Below, one piece after another: positions 22,201 to 30,527 of a stretch of DNA of 64,000 nt. The notes under the pieces were generated by a model, which was not told the origin of the DNA, made no database searches, and saw only the letters and a program-made list of their open reading frames with translations. This stretch comes from a virus. Its lineage: Duplodnaviria > Caudoviricetes. The first letter of the stretch is position 1, and every line of letters begins with the position of its first letter. The position numbers and the translations under genes were made by a program. The stretch lies in the IMG/VR virus record IMGVR_UViG_3300025389_000010, positions 32,001 through 96,000 of that record; one strand, written 5' to 3'.

Positions 22201-22347
22201 TAAAAAAACATAATGGTCATCATCATTTGATGATGATATTACAATACGAAATGGATATCTATTAATATGACCGGCTAAAGTAGGAGGCGGTGCATAATCA
22301 AAGTATATAGATTCATTTAAAATTGATGGTATTGAATATGATTGCAT
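16237..22347 (-). CDS. 2036-aa baseplate-operon protein: N-terminal beta-propeller plus six phycobiliprotein-like (C-x-R-D) repeats
   Basis: Propeller blades (IWMTLYD, IWVSYSN, VWIALSN, LWYTFGY, IYVINS); six helical repeats KC(K/Y/N)RD(I/V/T)G(Y/L/F)xxDA; starts 2 nt after the gp6 stop. Confidence 0.75.
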   Translation of the reverse strand: MQSYSIPSILNESIYFDYAPPPTLAGHINRYPFRIVISSSNDDDHYVFLDSKYSRSYHPQDILNKWSFLRSEFRFLDLSGNKISAIKTIDTPLYLDKNGLVSTVTGNFIGVSGYAEFYFVDDWYNFDLAMDNGPYTCIVATLQTSAINYYDPNLNYIGASKESNSFAVAIQPHIFHYRPPEYIKISENGIRDFINPRWIAATQPIVYTLNWNSKYDYYIPSGNQITPINTHSNFCKTHPFSESDNTIAINTDIVLLSGTHFIKTTAVSAIFLNDLNIYYNDENGYLTTGYNKNHFDFYMKTTLGCAITASTSLSTPNLFGNDYSPKLWISNPNAGCVSIVEYNSQYSFLEDSRNLLKAQIYNFDVPVINQDFLAGTYATSGHHDINSIAVLPFPEFNAWACDGDLNYLYKFATNGQILCAIDIYSVTGLPKTTSRQYETLPYPSPASISLDGNKNIWMTLYDTTSVLKFDAEGNYLNTIDTNLFINYQDPPNIDLNWYKDNFDYPNTITENLIQPTFIETDIDNNIWVSYSNYASGILIKFDTDGNLLNTITYDPESCPQDIIVDSENNVWIALSNTIWDTDGYIEKRNTDGILLSSFGPIKGVNNLALDINQNLWYTFGYNEIGYLNNQNARNVTFSLSSYTDASLGVDSYLTTPSKNTSETAIEGIACDLKGNIYVINSIENQIYVFDSKIVDFSEKFYINPQGFTFYTNGEYTRTLKEYNQWQKSAQAYGDWTGFKWLNKYVYRANYNSSTLFLNLSGVSRTLDVFQSNSSSLQQSQSLLVTNYNRLIETNYGLDITVDNVLSPVPLYLDNKIDLFKINENFDFAAQIKSFSFIPSLYESEVLLNSFIPSIFGTYPFSHFDLGIFPYEKISNFIKNTKDIDTANINHVYDMSDILDENTNDYRINYPSNTKRIMDLVSINQSRLWGSSAMNQNNFINQSNEGVLNKGKLLTINYQVSAGTPVVLKTKSLNKYELIQTGPLFQLPPDKITISLDNFRNIILDNTNTPKTSPSGNITDSSYQIASQKILYFKPQIQQQIVDYADYYFPAALDKNGANLLKCKRDIGLMIDALANDLSSGVVSRTIQYALAYWEGSTSRLPENLIPNQIQNTTDTIAELRNYIENLCQTNIQDFSQTQYDEIKNSLQNFINIILDQNNVPVTTPSGIVSDDSYANASNAILQFKSQLQQQIVDYVYYQYPTTLSNSTLSAKCYRDTGYIIDAIAADIANNANHRSIEVGNIYFKGTLMGLPNYDSSVPTLPSDQILVTIDAISMLKNYINGTNIPTGIPSFTYTGILSSGNLINRQTDLSNRVDDVVYPLQNNGQLNSYVPAGSPTQQDIETSQFLIQNRAAIQNYMSAYVVQSGYLQDDPLFPTLSAKCYRDVGFILDAIAADIANNANHRSIDVSYIYFNGTLGTQLTYPDSSIPSLPSDQITATIAAISAINFYITGKGIPEYPTPFTTTGVLSGDDMVNRAQDVTYRLKDIIYTLENNGQTKVYLPQGNPLKNDIQLGQELLTRKEEIQNAVADYVKVKQYLTKIYPDPVLTAKCNRDVGLMLDAVISDIRTGVVARSIEYALAYWEGSTSRLPETAIPNQKQKTIDTINYLKKTIINVLQKNSYNLSSIQKSKISNILENFNKIILSINNVPRTTPGGAINSDAYKNASANILKYKSNLQDQIVNFVKYNFPSVLTNTALSLKCYRDTGYIIDAIAADIANNTNHRSIEVGNLYFKGTLTKAPNYNSSVPTLPSDEVAPTIAAIQALGYYITGKDIPKNVPTFTLTGILSSTKMGSDRNQDVLNRIDDIIFPLQNQGALKPYIPNGYPKTEDRLLADAIDLNRDIIRQTVAQYVYDNDYLVTQYSVSPDASGALSAKCKRDVGYMVDAVANDLITGVNSRTIQYALAYWQGSTSRLPQNILPDQIKNTIDTINFLNNYLIKLDPRLLSYVGNNIKIMQYPLEELVIFLKLNQSTGSAWNDFYEFYEFIPGNDQKQIDGIIDWQNDLTTLNKNLSSYLQWVGNEQMIDRILSYDIYHGLGLL
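16540..19320 (-). repeat. Six tandem ~150-170-aa helical repeats in two subtypes (order A-B-B-A-B-A)
   Basis: Cys codons at about 19162, 18712, 18208, 17701, 17251 and 16729; near-identical DNA between ~17170-17255 and ~18630-18715. Confidence 0.9.
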
Positions 22348-22349
22348 TT

Positions 22350-24167
22350 TTAGTAATCAGTTATTTGGATAACACCTGTTTGCTCAATAACGGATATTCT
22401 ATTCATCAAATCATTTATCGTATTGAAAATAGGATATTGAAAATATTGAAGCTGTACATTTTGTGCATAAACGTTTATGTCTAATGTTGGATAACTTTCA
22501 TTCCACACTAAAAAGGAAATACCATTAGTGTACAAATTAAGATCACTTCTATATGTTTTGATATGATCAACACCTTCAATATTAAGAATATCAGATGCGA
22601 TTTGATTTGTATTAACAAGTTGCCCTAAAGACATATTAGCTTTTGAAAAAGCATTTGTTATGACAGCTTCTACTTCTGCTAATATACCGGATGATGTTTT
22701 ATTTGAATTTGCTTTCTTATAAATTAAAAGTTTACTATTTGCTATATCGTTTATATTTGGTGTATTGTTTGGATCTCTTACATAAAAATCAAAATACATA
22801 TAAACTGGATCAATTGGCACAAGTTCTGAAGTAAGAATTTTCATGCTTTCTATTGAATTTAAAACATATTCTTTTTGTGCAACCGTTACATATTTCTGAA
22901 CGGCATTAATAGGAACCATATACACATATATGTTGTTAAAATTACAAGATGTTGCAAATTTTATTTGATTAAATAAAACTCTATTTTCAAGCTGTGGCGA
23001 TTTCAATCCGATATCATATAGATATTTTATATGCCCCTTTAAATAATCAGTATTATTTACAACCTTAGCATCAGCCAGTATGTTGTTATAATTGTCTATA
23101 ATATAATTTTGAAAATCATTGGTGGTAACTAATCTTTGTTGAAAGGTAAATTTTTTAGCTGCATTTTTTCTTATAGAATCAACACTTTCTTCGGACAAAT
23201 ATGGATTTGACGGATAATCGTTTGATAAAGTAATGTAATTAATATTTGTTGTGTTTAACAATAAATCCGTATTAAAAATAGAATTTGTTTGAATTTCCTG
23301 ATAATTCAAACTATTGTAAAAAACAATTCCACTAGATTGACTTAAACCGTTCGCACCAATAGTTAATGCATTTGTATCTATTTCTAAATAAAAAACCAAA
23401 ACTTGATCATTGGGTGATAATTTCATACCATTGATATCATCACCAAATTTAATTTCATAATTTTGATTGGGGTTGTATCTAATTTCAAAAACTTTATCTG
23501 TTTTGTTATTTAAAAATAAATTTTCAGTTTTTGTCCATTGTTCCCATGTATTTGTAATTGAATTTTTCACATATACATGAATATTAAAATGATCTATTGC
23601 AACAGAATTTCCTAAATTTAAATATACCACTTCATTATCATTTCCAAAAGCATTATAAATAGGATATTCAGAAAAAACACCTTGGTATAAAAATAAATCT
23701 TGTTTTGAATTTTGAATCAACGATATATTCTGCTGTGAATTTGTAAAATAGATATCAGTATTAAATGAAAATTTTGTTCCTCCTACATTAACATAACTGT
23801 ATCTTGGTATTATAAAATTACCATCTGGTAAATCGCTTGTTGCTGAAATATTATAAGAAAGGGTTTGTGCAAATTTTCCTTTTGGATTATAGTTAATTAA
23901 TTTAACAATCCTATTCATGTTTTCATAAATTTGAGCTTCTGAAAACATTGATTCAGATGATGTTTTATTTAAATAATATAACAGTGTACTGAAACAATAA
24001 CTTATTACATCTATAAATGCAGAAAAATTAGATCCTTCATAATTTTGATCAGTAAAAACCTGACCTTGATTTAAACGGTCTATAATTAAATTTTTAACGC
24101 TCGTAGCATCAAAAGATATATACGAGTTTACATTAAAAAAAGGATCGTTGTTATTGTTATTAGCCAT
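22350..24167 (-). CDS. gp6: Baseplate wedge subunit gp6
   Basis: FTDQNYEGSNFSAFIDVISY, SESMFSEAQ...LINYNPKG, YEIKFGDDINGMKL, ESVDSIRKNA...QRLVTTNDF. Confidence 0.92.
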   Translation of the reverse strand: MANNNNNDPFFNVNSYISFDATSVKNLIIDRLNQGQVFTDQNYEGSNFSAFIDVISYCFSTLLYYLNKTSSESMFSEAQIYENMNRIVKLINYNPKGKFAQTLSYNISATSDLPDGNFIIPRYSYVNVGGTKFSFNTDIYFTNSQQNISLIQNSKQDLFLYQGVFSEYPIYNAFGNDNEVVYLNLGNSVAIDHFNIHVYVKNSITNTWEQWTKTENLFLNNKTDKVFEIRYNPNQNYEIKFGDDINGMKLSPNDQVLVFYLEIDTNALTIGANGLSQSSGIVFYNSLNYQEIQTNSIFNTDLLLNTTNINYITLSNDYPSNPYLSEESVDSIRKNAAKKFTFQQRLVTTNDFQNYIIDNYNNILADAKVVNNTDYLKGHIKYLYDIGLKSPQLENRVLFNQIKFATSCNFNNIYVYMVPINAVQKYVTVAQKEYVLNSIESMKILTSELVPIDPVYMYFDFYVRDPNNTPNINDIANSKLLIYKKANSNKTSSGILAEVEAVITNAFSKANMSLGQLVNTNQIASDILNIEGVDHIKTYRSDLNLYTNGISFLVWNESYPTLDINVYAQNVQLQYFQYPIFNTINDLMNRISVIEQTGVIQITDY

Positions 24168-24180
24168 TGTAATAATTATC

Positions 24181-24687
24181 TTAAACTAAGATTTGTCCTC
24201 CTATTTGTGCTATTAAATTTAATATTGATTGCTTCTGTATTTCTAATAATGTATATGAACATATAATATAATATTGATTTAAATCCGGTTGTGGTAATAC
24301 TGATATATTATTAACCTTTATTCTAGGTTCAAATGTTTCAATATTATATAATATATCATCACCTATTGCCTTCGCATAAGCTGTATTAACCGGTTCAAAT
24401 AAATATTGCTCTAGTGAACATCCGAATTGTGGGTTCAAAAGCTTTTGACCTTTTTTAGTTGTAAAAATATTTCTTATTGAATTTTTAATAGCATCTATAT
24501 CATTATCTACTATCATATCAGTAGAAACAACAGGATTTACACCTAAACCTATGTTTTTACCTATAGTTAAATCTAAATGCAAATCTGTATATACAGACGT
24601 AGATGTTGTTACGACAGAATTAAGTTGTGTTTTTTGATTTGCCGTCTGTTTTGGTCTTACTAAATTGTTTAAATCGATGATAGCCAC
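24181..24687 (-). CDS. gp25: Baseplate wedge subunit gp25
   Basis: DAIKNSIRNIFTTKKGQKLLNPQFGCSLEQYLFEP...IETFEPRIKV; GTG start. Confidence 0.93.
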   Translation of the reverse strand: MAIIDLNNLVRPKQTANQKTQLNSVVTTSTSVYTDLHLDLTIGKNIGLGVNPVVSTDMIVDNDIDAIKNSIRNIFTTKKGQKLLNPQFGCSLEQYLFEPVNTAYAKAIGDDILYNIETFEPRIKVNNISVLPQPDLNQYYIICSYTLLEIQKQSILNLIAQIGGQILV

Positions 24688-24767
24688 GTTATATATACTT
24701 ATTTCAAAAGTTCATTTAATTCTTTTTATGATTTTGTATGTTTTGGAAGTAAATATTGATATACACC

Positions 24768-25298
24768 ATGTCAAAATTTAACAAATACAACACATTATTG
24801 GAAACTGCATTTGCTCACTATTCAAACGGTGGATTTCGTGAAGGCACACCAGTTAAATTAAAAAAGAGCTTTCTTTCTAGCCCTTACTGTAAAATGCATT
24901 ATAGTGGAGACGAGCATTTTATGGCTTTCTTGCAAGATTTGATTGAAAGGGAATATTTTTTCTTTATCAAAAGAGTTGTAGGTTATTCTGCATTACAGAA
25001 TCCTAAAGATTCCAACGATAATGAAGGTGCTGGTGACTGTTTCTTGGTTTTAAGAATGGACCCAAGAACAGTTCAGGTTCCAACTGAACTTGGTGAATTC
25101 ACTGTTCCCGGTGATTGGAACTATGTTGAAGTCCTTAAATTTGGTAATAACCTTCCTCCGGTACAAGGTGTTCCTAATAGATACGAACACCCCATTGGTA
25201 CAAGACCAGAAGTATTACCAAGCGATTCATTAGGTGTTGGAAATCAACCAACAGACAATACTTTACCAAAAGTAAACGTTAATATTAGCGTTAAGTAA
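24768..25298 (+). CDS. Hypothetical late protein, possible internal head protein
   Basis: ATG at 24768 preceded by GTAAATA; N-terminus MSKFNKYNTLLE. Confidence 0.55.
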   Translation: MSKFNKYNTLLETAFAHYSNGGFREGTPVKLKKSFLSSPYCKMHYSGDEHFMAFLQDLIEREYFFFIKRVVGYSALQNPKDSNDNEGAGDCFLVLRMDPRTVQVPTELGEFTVPGDWNYVEVLKFGNNLPPVQGVPNRYEHPIGTRPEVLPSDSLGVGNQPTDNTLPKVNVNISVK

Positions 25299-26220
25299 GG
25301 ATATTCGTTATCCCAATCGCACAACAGAAGAAGTTGATTTCGTGGTCAACTACAAAATTGTCTCTGTACATATGCTCACCTATTTCGAGCATTAATTGTT
25401 TCTTTTTGGTTTCGGGATAAGAAGAGCCATAAAATAGATCAAAAAGATTCTTAAGTAATGTTTGATAATCAGCATTGAAGTTTTTCTCTTCATCTATAAC
25501 TTTCTTTCTGATTACGTTTATATCTGTCTTATTTTTAAACATATCATATAGTTCTTTAGACAAGTCTCTTACGAGATCATATGATTTTACAATTAAAGCT
25601 CCTGATAATGAAAACTTTTGAAGATCATTTACAATCCTTCTTATATCAGGAAAATTAGAATTTACATGCTTTACAAGCTTTCCATTTTCTTCGTCTGATA
25701 CTGTAATGTTTTCCTTCTTTAAAATTTGATGACATCTCTTTACTGTATCAAACAATTCAGGGACTATATTAAATAGCAAACACCTTGAACATATTGGCTC
25801 AATAATCTTGTTAATATAGTTAGCAGTAAGAATAAAACGAGTGGTAGAAGCATATTCTTCCATTACGTTTCTTAAAATTCTCTGTGCTTCCGGTGTAGTT
25901 CCGCAAAACTCATCCAAAATGATAACTTTCTTTTTACCATCAATTGATCTTGTTTGAGAGAACGAGATAACTTTGTTTCTTATAGTATCTACACCATTCT
26001 CGTCAGAAGCATTGATATAAAGATACTGACACTTGAGAATATCTTTGACTAAAATCTTTGCCAAAGTAGTTTTACCGGTACCTGCATTCCCATAAAGAAG
26101 CAGATGTGGCGTATCTTCTGTAATCTTTGAAAAGAAATCACGGTTTTCCTGACTCAGGACGATTTCATCCAAATGTTTGGGTGCATACTTCTGTACCCAT
26201 AAATCCTGATAATTGCTCAT
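25291..26220 (-). CDS. gp44: Sliding clamp loader large subunit (RFC-like AAA+), gp44
   Basis: LWVQKYAPKHLDEIV, GNAGTGKTT, INASDENGVDTIR, IILDE, FILTANY, FPDIRRIVNDLQ. Confidence 0.95.
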   Translation of the reverse strand: MSNYQDLWVQKYAPKHLDEIVLSQENRDFFSKITEDTPHLLLYGNAGTGKTTLAKILVKDILKCQYLYINASDENGVDTIRNKVISFSQTRSIDGKKKVIILDEFCGTTPEAQRILRNVMEEYASTTRFILTANYINKIIEPICSRCLLFNIVPELFDTVKRCHQILKKENITVSDEENGKLVKHVNSNFPDIRRIVNDLQKFSLSGALIVKSYDLVRDLSKELYDMFKNKTDINVIRKKVIDEEKNFNADYQTLLKNLFDLFYGSSYPETKKKQLMLEIGEHMYRDNFVVDHEINFFCCAIGITNILT

Positions 26221-26226
26221 CAGAAA

Positions 26227-26255
26227 ATACTAAACGTAATAATGTCTTTTGTCAA
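26227..26255 (-). promoter_or_regulatory. Sigma70-like promoter for gp44 (TTGACA-N17-TAGTAT-N6-ATG)
   Basis: Read directly on the minus strand. Confidence 0.6.
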
Positions 26256-26451
26256 CCGTTTATTAAGGATCTACCGTCTTGTGGAACATGGCTTACAACT
26301 TCTCTGACTTGACTATGTGATGTATCAACTATCTTATATGCCTCCAAAAGAGACACAATATGTTGTATTTTGTCATTTGGAATAACGTAAGTTTTGCCCA
26401 AAAAATTAATTGTTGTTGTCATATGCTATATTATTAGTAAATATATTTACA

Positions 26452-26943
26452 ATGTCAACTGATAATAACAATCAAGAAATTGAATCTATAATTGAAGAAT
26501 TAAAAGCGGATGAAATTAATACTCCCGTTAGACCAAAACCAGTAGAAGTACAAAAAATCGATGATGAGAATGTTGGTGAGTATGTTTACAAGAAGTCTTC
26601 TGAACTTGTTGAATCAACACTTGGTGCAATTCAATCATTAAAAGATAATGTTTTAACCGGAAGCGACCCAAAAGAGATTGCAGCACTTTCACAGCTTATA
26701 GGTGCAGCTACAAAAGCTTTAGATCAGTTAAATAAGATTAATTTACAAAACAAACAATCAAAGAATAATGTAGAAATTAAGAAAATGGAAATCGAAGCGA
26801 ATGCGAATCGTCCGCTTATTCCAAACACTACAAATGTTATGATCGCAACAAGAGATCAAGTCTTAGCTCAAATTTTTGATAAAACATCAGATAAAAAACA
26901 AGATAAACTTGAGTATATAGAAGGAGAATTCTCAAAAGAATAA
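26452..26943 (+). CDS. Probable terminase small subunit (gp16-like)
   Basis: Helical core STLGAIQSLKDNVLTGSDPKEIAALSQLIGAATKALDQLNKI followed by TTNVMIATRDQVLAQI mirrors gp16 architecture; GTAAATA upstream of ATG 26452. Confidence 0.55.
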   Translation: MSTDNNNQEIESIIEELKADEINTPVRPKPVEVQKIDDENVGEYVYKKSSELVESTLGAIQSLKDNVLTGSDPKEIAALSQLIGAATKALDQLNKINLQNKQSKNNVEIKKMEIEANANRPLIPNTTNVMIATRDQVLAQIFDKTSDKKQDKLEYIEGEFSKE

Positions 26944-26990
26944 CAGTTTACTCAATATACTGAGTATTTTTATTCAATTGTTTTAAATAT

Positions 26991-27032
26991 AAAAAAAGAA
27001 ACCCATCCCCTTTCGAGGATGGGTTCTTTTTT
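26991..27032. terminator. Bidirectional rho-independent terminator between convergent gp16-like gene and gp23
   Basis: AAAAAAAGAA-ACCCATCC-loop-GGATGGGT-TCTTTTTT. Confidence 0.9.
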
Positions 27033-27048
27033 GATTGGTTGTTGTTGC

Positions 27049-28560
27049 TTAGAGATAAGCGACCTGACCGTAAGCTCCGCCTTGGAATGCGTTGTTATAG
27101 CCGAGACCCTTAACTATGATGAGGTGGTAGTATAAGTTAGCACCAAAGATATGATCGACAACGCCATAACGGGTCATAAGACCTACTCTTGGAGCAAAGT
27201 CATTAGGACCAACTGTACGTTGAATCATAACTGGGATGTATGGGCAGTATACAATACCTGTGTCATAGTATTCAGATCCTTTATAGCCTAACAATGCATA
27301 TTCAATTGCGTTAGCTCTCTGACCTGCGAGATACTGTGCATCAGTACGGGTGTCACGATAAACTTGGAAACGACCACCGAGTGTTCCAACCTTGGCAATG
27401 CCGGTTGGCTGGGTGTTAACGTTACCGTTTACGGGCATCCACTGATACTCTGGAAGCATTTCGAGAATTGCGCAAACACGTGGTGTAGCGATAATAAAAT
27501 TAGCACTACCTCTACGGTTACGAATTGCGATACGGTTAGCTTCAACGATGATCTTGGAATAGAAATCACGATTTCTTTCTCCGAGCCAACGTGCGTCAGC
27601 TGACTGTGCATACCAGAATGTGTATCCGGGGCCATTGTAGTGATTAGCATCACTTGGACCGCCAGCGTTTAAGCAAACTTGGATCATACGGATAACCATT
27701 TCACGGTCGATTTCGGACTGAATTTCATAGCTCATGGCGTTTGTTAATTCAGAATCGATGTCGAGACCGTTCATGTTCTTAAGATCCTGTTCGAGTTCAA
27801 CAGACCAACGAGCAGCGAGGCGGCGTGTGCCAGCTTCGACAGCTGTTTTGCTGAATTCGACAGTAACCTGTGGGATGTTACCGGTTAATTCAAACTGGGA
27901 GAGAAGGGCGGCTACGCCACCATCAGATCCGACGAAGTCGAAGTCTGAATTGTCTACTCCACTAGCACCGAGACCTGAAAGGGCTGCGGAGCTAGAACCA
28001 GTGAATCTTGTGTCCAAGTATTGATACCCGATTTCGGGGCGTTTACCATTATCAGGTGTGCCGAGTTCTATGCTGCGGTTAATACCGTCAGTGCCAGTGT
28101 ACTGGCTTGCAACAGAACCATCGAGCTTACCGTCAGTGTAACCGAGAGCCGTTGGCTCATAACGATAGCGGAGAGCAAAAGCTAAACCTACTGGTCCACT
28201 CATTGGCTGAACACCGACGATTTCGTTGGTGATGAGTTCGGGGAATGTACGACGTACCATTGGGATAAGAATCTTAGGTAAACGTGCGTCATTCTGTGCA
28301 TATCTGTCACCAGAGAATGCACCAGCAACATTACCTGCTGCTGAACCGAAAACACCTGAACCGCCACCAGAAACGTTAGCTTCTTCAAGACACCATCTCT
28401 CTTGGTTTTCCATGAGAATGGCGGTTGAAAGACGCTGATGTTCGTCTTCGATTGCGGAAACCTTGTCGCTTGAATAATCAAGAACAGGTGCCCACTTCTC
28501 TACTAACTGCTGTGCACGGCTTCTATCGATGTAGCCTGTGGAAGGGTTAACATTTTTCAT
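27049..28560 (-). CDS. gp23: Major capsid protein gp23
   Basis: LVEKWAPVLD, LIPMVRRTFPELITNEIVGVQPMSGPVGLAFALR, WSVELEQDLK, YCPYIP, PRVGLMTRYG. Confidence 0.98.
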   Translation of the reverse strand: MKNVNPSTGYIDRSRAQQLVEKWAPVLDYSSDKVSAIEDEHQRLSTAILMENQERWCLEEANVSGGGSGVFGSAAGNVAGAFSGDRYAQNDARLPKILIPMVRRTFPELITNEIVGVQPMSGPVGLAFALRYRYEPTALGYTDGKLDGSVASQYTGTDGINRSIELGTPDNGKRPEIGYQYLDTRFTGSSSAALSGLGASGVDNSDFDFVGSDGGVAALLSQFELTGNIPQVTVEFSKTAVEAGTRRLAARWSVELEQDLKNMNGLDIDSELTNAMSYEIQSEIDREMVIRMIQVCLNAGGPSDANHYNGPGYTFWYAQSADARWLGERNRDFYSKIIVEANRIAIRNRRGSANFIIATPRVCAILEMLPEYQWMPVNGNVNTQPTGIAKVGTLGGRFQVYRDTRTDAQYLAGQRANAIEYALLGYKGSEYYDTGIVYCPYIPVMIQRTVGPNDFAPRVGLMTRYGVVDHIFGANLYYHLIIVKGLGYNNAFQGGAYGQVAYL

Positions 28561-28570
28561 ATATATTTGT

Positions 28571-28576
28571 CCTCCT
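28571..28576 (-). promoter_or_regulatory. Strong Shine-Dalgarno (AGGAGG) for gp23
   Basis: caatAGGAGGacaaatatatATG on the minus strand. Confidence 0.8.
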
Positions 28577-28604
28577 ATTGGATAGAATACAAATTAAAAA
28601 GGAA

Positions 28605-29495
28605 TTACTTCCTCTTTAATTCAGTCAGATATTCGCTGACAACACCGTTGTCAGTACCAACAGTTGAAGATTCAGTGACAACAGAAGTGGCGGGAATCTT
28701 AGCAGTGCGTGTTACGGCTTTCTGCTTTGCTTCTTTTACCAGTTCTGTCGCAGCTTCTTCCTCACTGCGCTCGAACATCTCAACAACGTAGCTAAAGTTC
28801 TCTTGAATATAGGAACTGTCCTTGTCGTTCAATAATTTAAAAATAAAATCTTTTTTGGCGGAAGGCATGCCCTGTGTTTTTTCATTAAGGATTGCCTTTG
28901 ATTCGATTGTTTTGATCTTTTCGAGAAGAACTTCGTTATCTCTATAAGATTCATTGAGCTTTTCTGCAAGCTCATCGATCTTGCCTTTACCTTGGGAGAT
29001 TGTACCCTTGATTGATTCATTGATATGTTCAGGGTCAATTCCGATAAGGTTACGGATTGAATCAAGCTGCTTACGAGCATATGTGTTCGTAACAGCTTCT
29101 GCTAATTGTTCCTTTGGAACTAATTTCTCAAGTGTGATATCAAGGAAATTACTAACTTCATCAATCATCTTGTTTGAAAATTCTTGCGCATTTTCGTTTA
29201 ATGCCTTGCGATAAAAACTTACAAGATTGTTTAATTTGTTTGCGTGATCTTCGTTAATCGCATTAACAACTTTTTCGAGTTTGCCTGTATGATCGACATC
29301 AATAGCCTCTAAAAGATTTTGTAATTTTGTAGCATGATCTTCGTCGATTTTTGAAAGAGCATTTTCAACTTCGAGTTTGAGTCTGGAATCAACTTTTTCG
29401 TTGACTGCTGTTTCAAAAGCTTCGGCAATTGCTGAAGCTTCCTGTTCACTAAGAACATCTTTATCGAATTTTTCTAAAAGAGCTTTGATATTCAT
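28605..29495 (-). CDS. gp22: Prohead core scaffold protein gp22
   Basis: Coiled-coil, IAEAFETAVNEKV, upstream of gp23, LxE-type cleavage sites, C-terminal VSEYLTEL. Confidence 0.88.
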   Translation of the reverse strand: MNIKALLEKFDKDVLSEQEASAIAEAFETAVNEKVDSRLKLEVENALSKIDEDHATKLQNLLEAIDVDHTGKLEKVVNAINEDHANKLNNLVSFYRKALNENAQEFSNKMIDEVSNFLDITLEKLVPKEQLAEAVTNTYARKQLDSIRNLIGIDPEHINESIKGTISQGKGKIDELAEKLNESYRDNEVLLEKIKTIESKAILNEKTQGMPSAKKDFIFKLLNDKDSSYIQENFSYVVEMFERSEEEAATELVKEAKQKAVTRTAKIPATSVVTESSTVGTDNGVVSEYLTELKRK

Positions 29496-29523
29496 ATTTT
29501 GCTATATAATAACTTATCCTTGT

Positions 29524-29805
29524 TTATTTCCTTTTTGAGGACTTTTTTTTATTTTTTACCATTTCAAGAAAACGCTTTTTGTTTTCTTCTTTAGATAATT
29601 TCTTTTTTGCACCTGCTTTTGCTGGTGTTTTTTCTTTTGTCTTTTTAGCAAAAGGATTTTCCTTTTTTTCTTTTGCTTCGACTAAAGCTGAAACACGTGT
29701 TTTAATCTTGGCTTCAACAATTTCTTTTAATTGTTCGTTAGCTTGTGAATAATTTTTTTCACAAAGATTGGTTAAGAATTTTGAAATGAGTTTACGTATA
29801 TCCAT
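29524..29805 (-). CDS. Small basic prohead-core-like protein (gp67/gp68-like by position)
   Basis: Lies between gp21 and gp22; Lys-rich C-terminus; ATAAGTA upstream. Confidence 0.5.
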   Translation of the reverse strand: MDIRKLISKFLTNLCEKNYSQANEQLKEIVEAKIKTRVSALVEAKEKKENPFAKKTKEKTPAKAGAKKKLSKEENKKRFLEMVKNKKKSSKRK

Positions 29806-29832
29806 AATATTACTTATCTTTATTTATTTCAA

Positions 29833-30501
29833 TTAAACAGATTTAAGAGCATTAATGAATGCTATAATATTTTCTTTCAAATATTGTTTCTTGTTTGTTT
29901 TTGGTAATGATGCTATATTCTTTTCAAATCTTTCATAGAAAGGTTCAAACTTTCCATCATCGGCAAGAACCCATTGTTTGGATTCGAGAATACCATTTAC
30001 AAATGCTGTTGGAACCGAAGGATCGGCAACAACATCAATTGCAACAAGTCTGAAATCACTAACTTTATTATAACCTTTTTCAGCTTCAAGTCTTCCAAGT
30101 GCACGAGAAGAAACACCGAGCTTAACGCCATCTAAAATTAAAGAACGAACAACTTGTCCCATTGGGGTTGAAAGAACTTTTGATTTACCATGAAAAATAT
30201 TTCCATCTTGTTTAAGTTCAGTTACCATGTGACATGCTCTTTCCAAATTAACTTCTGGTGATGTTGGGTGATTAAGTTCACCCGTTGAACGGTTGTTTGC
30301 AATAATTTCTGTTGAATAACGGTTAACCTCTTCTACCATTGTGTCAAGAGGATAAACTCTATTATTTCTGTTAGGCTTTCCACCTAATAAAAAATGTCCT
30401 GATAAAATCAGGCTGGATGGTGAATTTCTGTTTTGCTCATCAATTAAGCATTTGATATCGTAGCTTGGTGATTCAACTAAAAGACTATAAGTATTACTCA
30501 T
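29833..30501 (-). CDS. gp21: Prohead protease gp21
   Basis: NRNNRVYP, GELNHP...VNLERACH, LGVSSRALG, DVVADPSVPTAFVNGILE. Confidence 0.96.
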   Translation of the reverse strand: MSNTYSLLVESPSYDIKCLIDEQNRNSPSSLILSGHFLLGGKPNRNNRVYPLDTMVEEVNRYSTEIIANNRSTGELNHPTSPEVNLERACHMVTELKQDGNIFHGKSKVLSTPMGQVVRSLILDGVKLGVSSRALGRLEAEKGYNKVSDFRLVAIDVVADPSVPTAFVNGILESKQWVLADDGKFEPFYERFEKNIASLPKTNKKQYLKENIIAFINALKSV

Positions 30502-30509
30502 CTTAATAT

Positions 30510-30516
30510 TACTTAC
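30510..30516 (-). promoter_or_regulatory. Late-promoter-like motif GTAAGTA (representative of >20 NTAA(A/G)TA sites)
   Basis: Sits a few nt upstream of the gp21 ATG; variant of T4 late TATAAATA. Confidence 0.6.
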
Positions 30517-30527
30517 ACATTACATTA

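Noticed and set aside
26949-26966. Small hairpin TACTCA-ATATAC-TGAGTA after the gp16-like stop
   Set aside because: Weak AT-rich stem next to a much stronger terminator; not called separately
27364-28481. Several 70-96-aa overlapping ORFs in gp23
   Set aside because: Stop-poor frames caused by the higher GC of the capsid gene; no independent motifs or start signals
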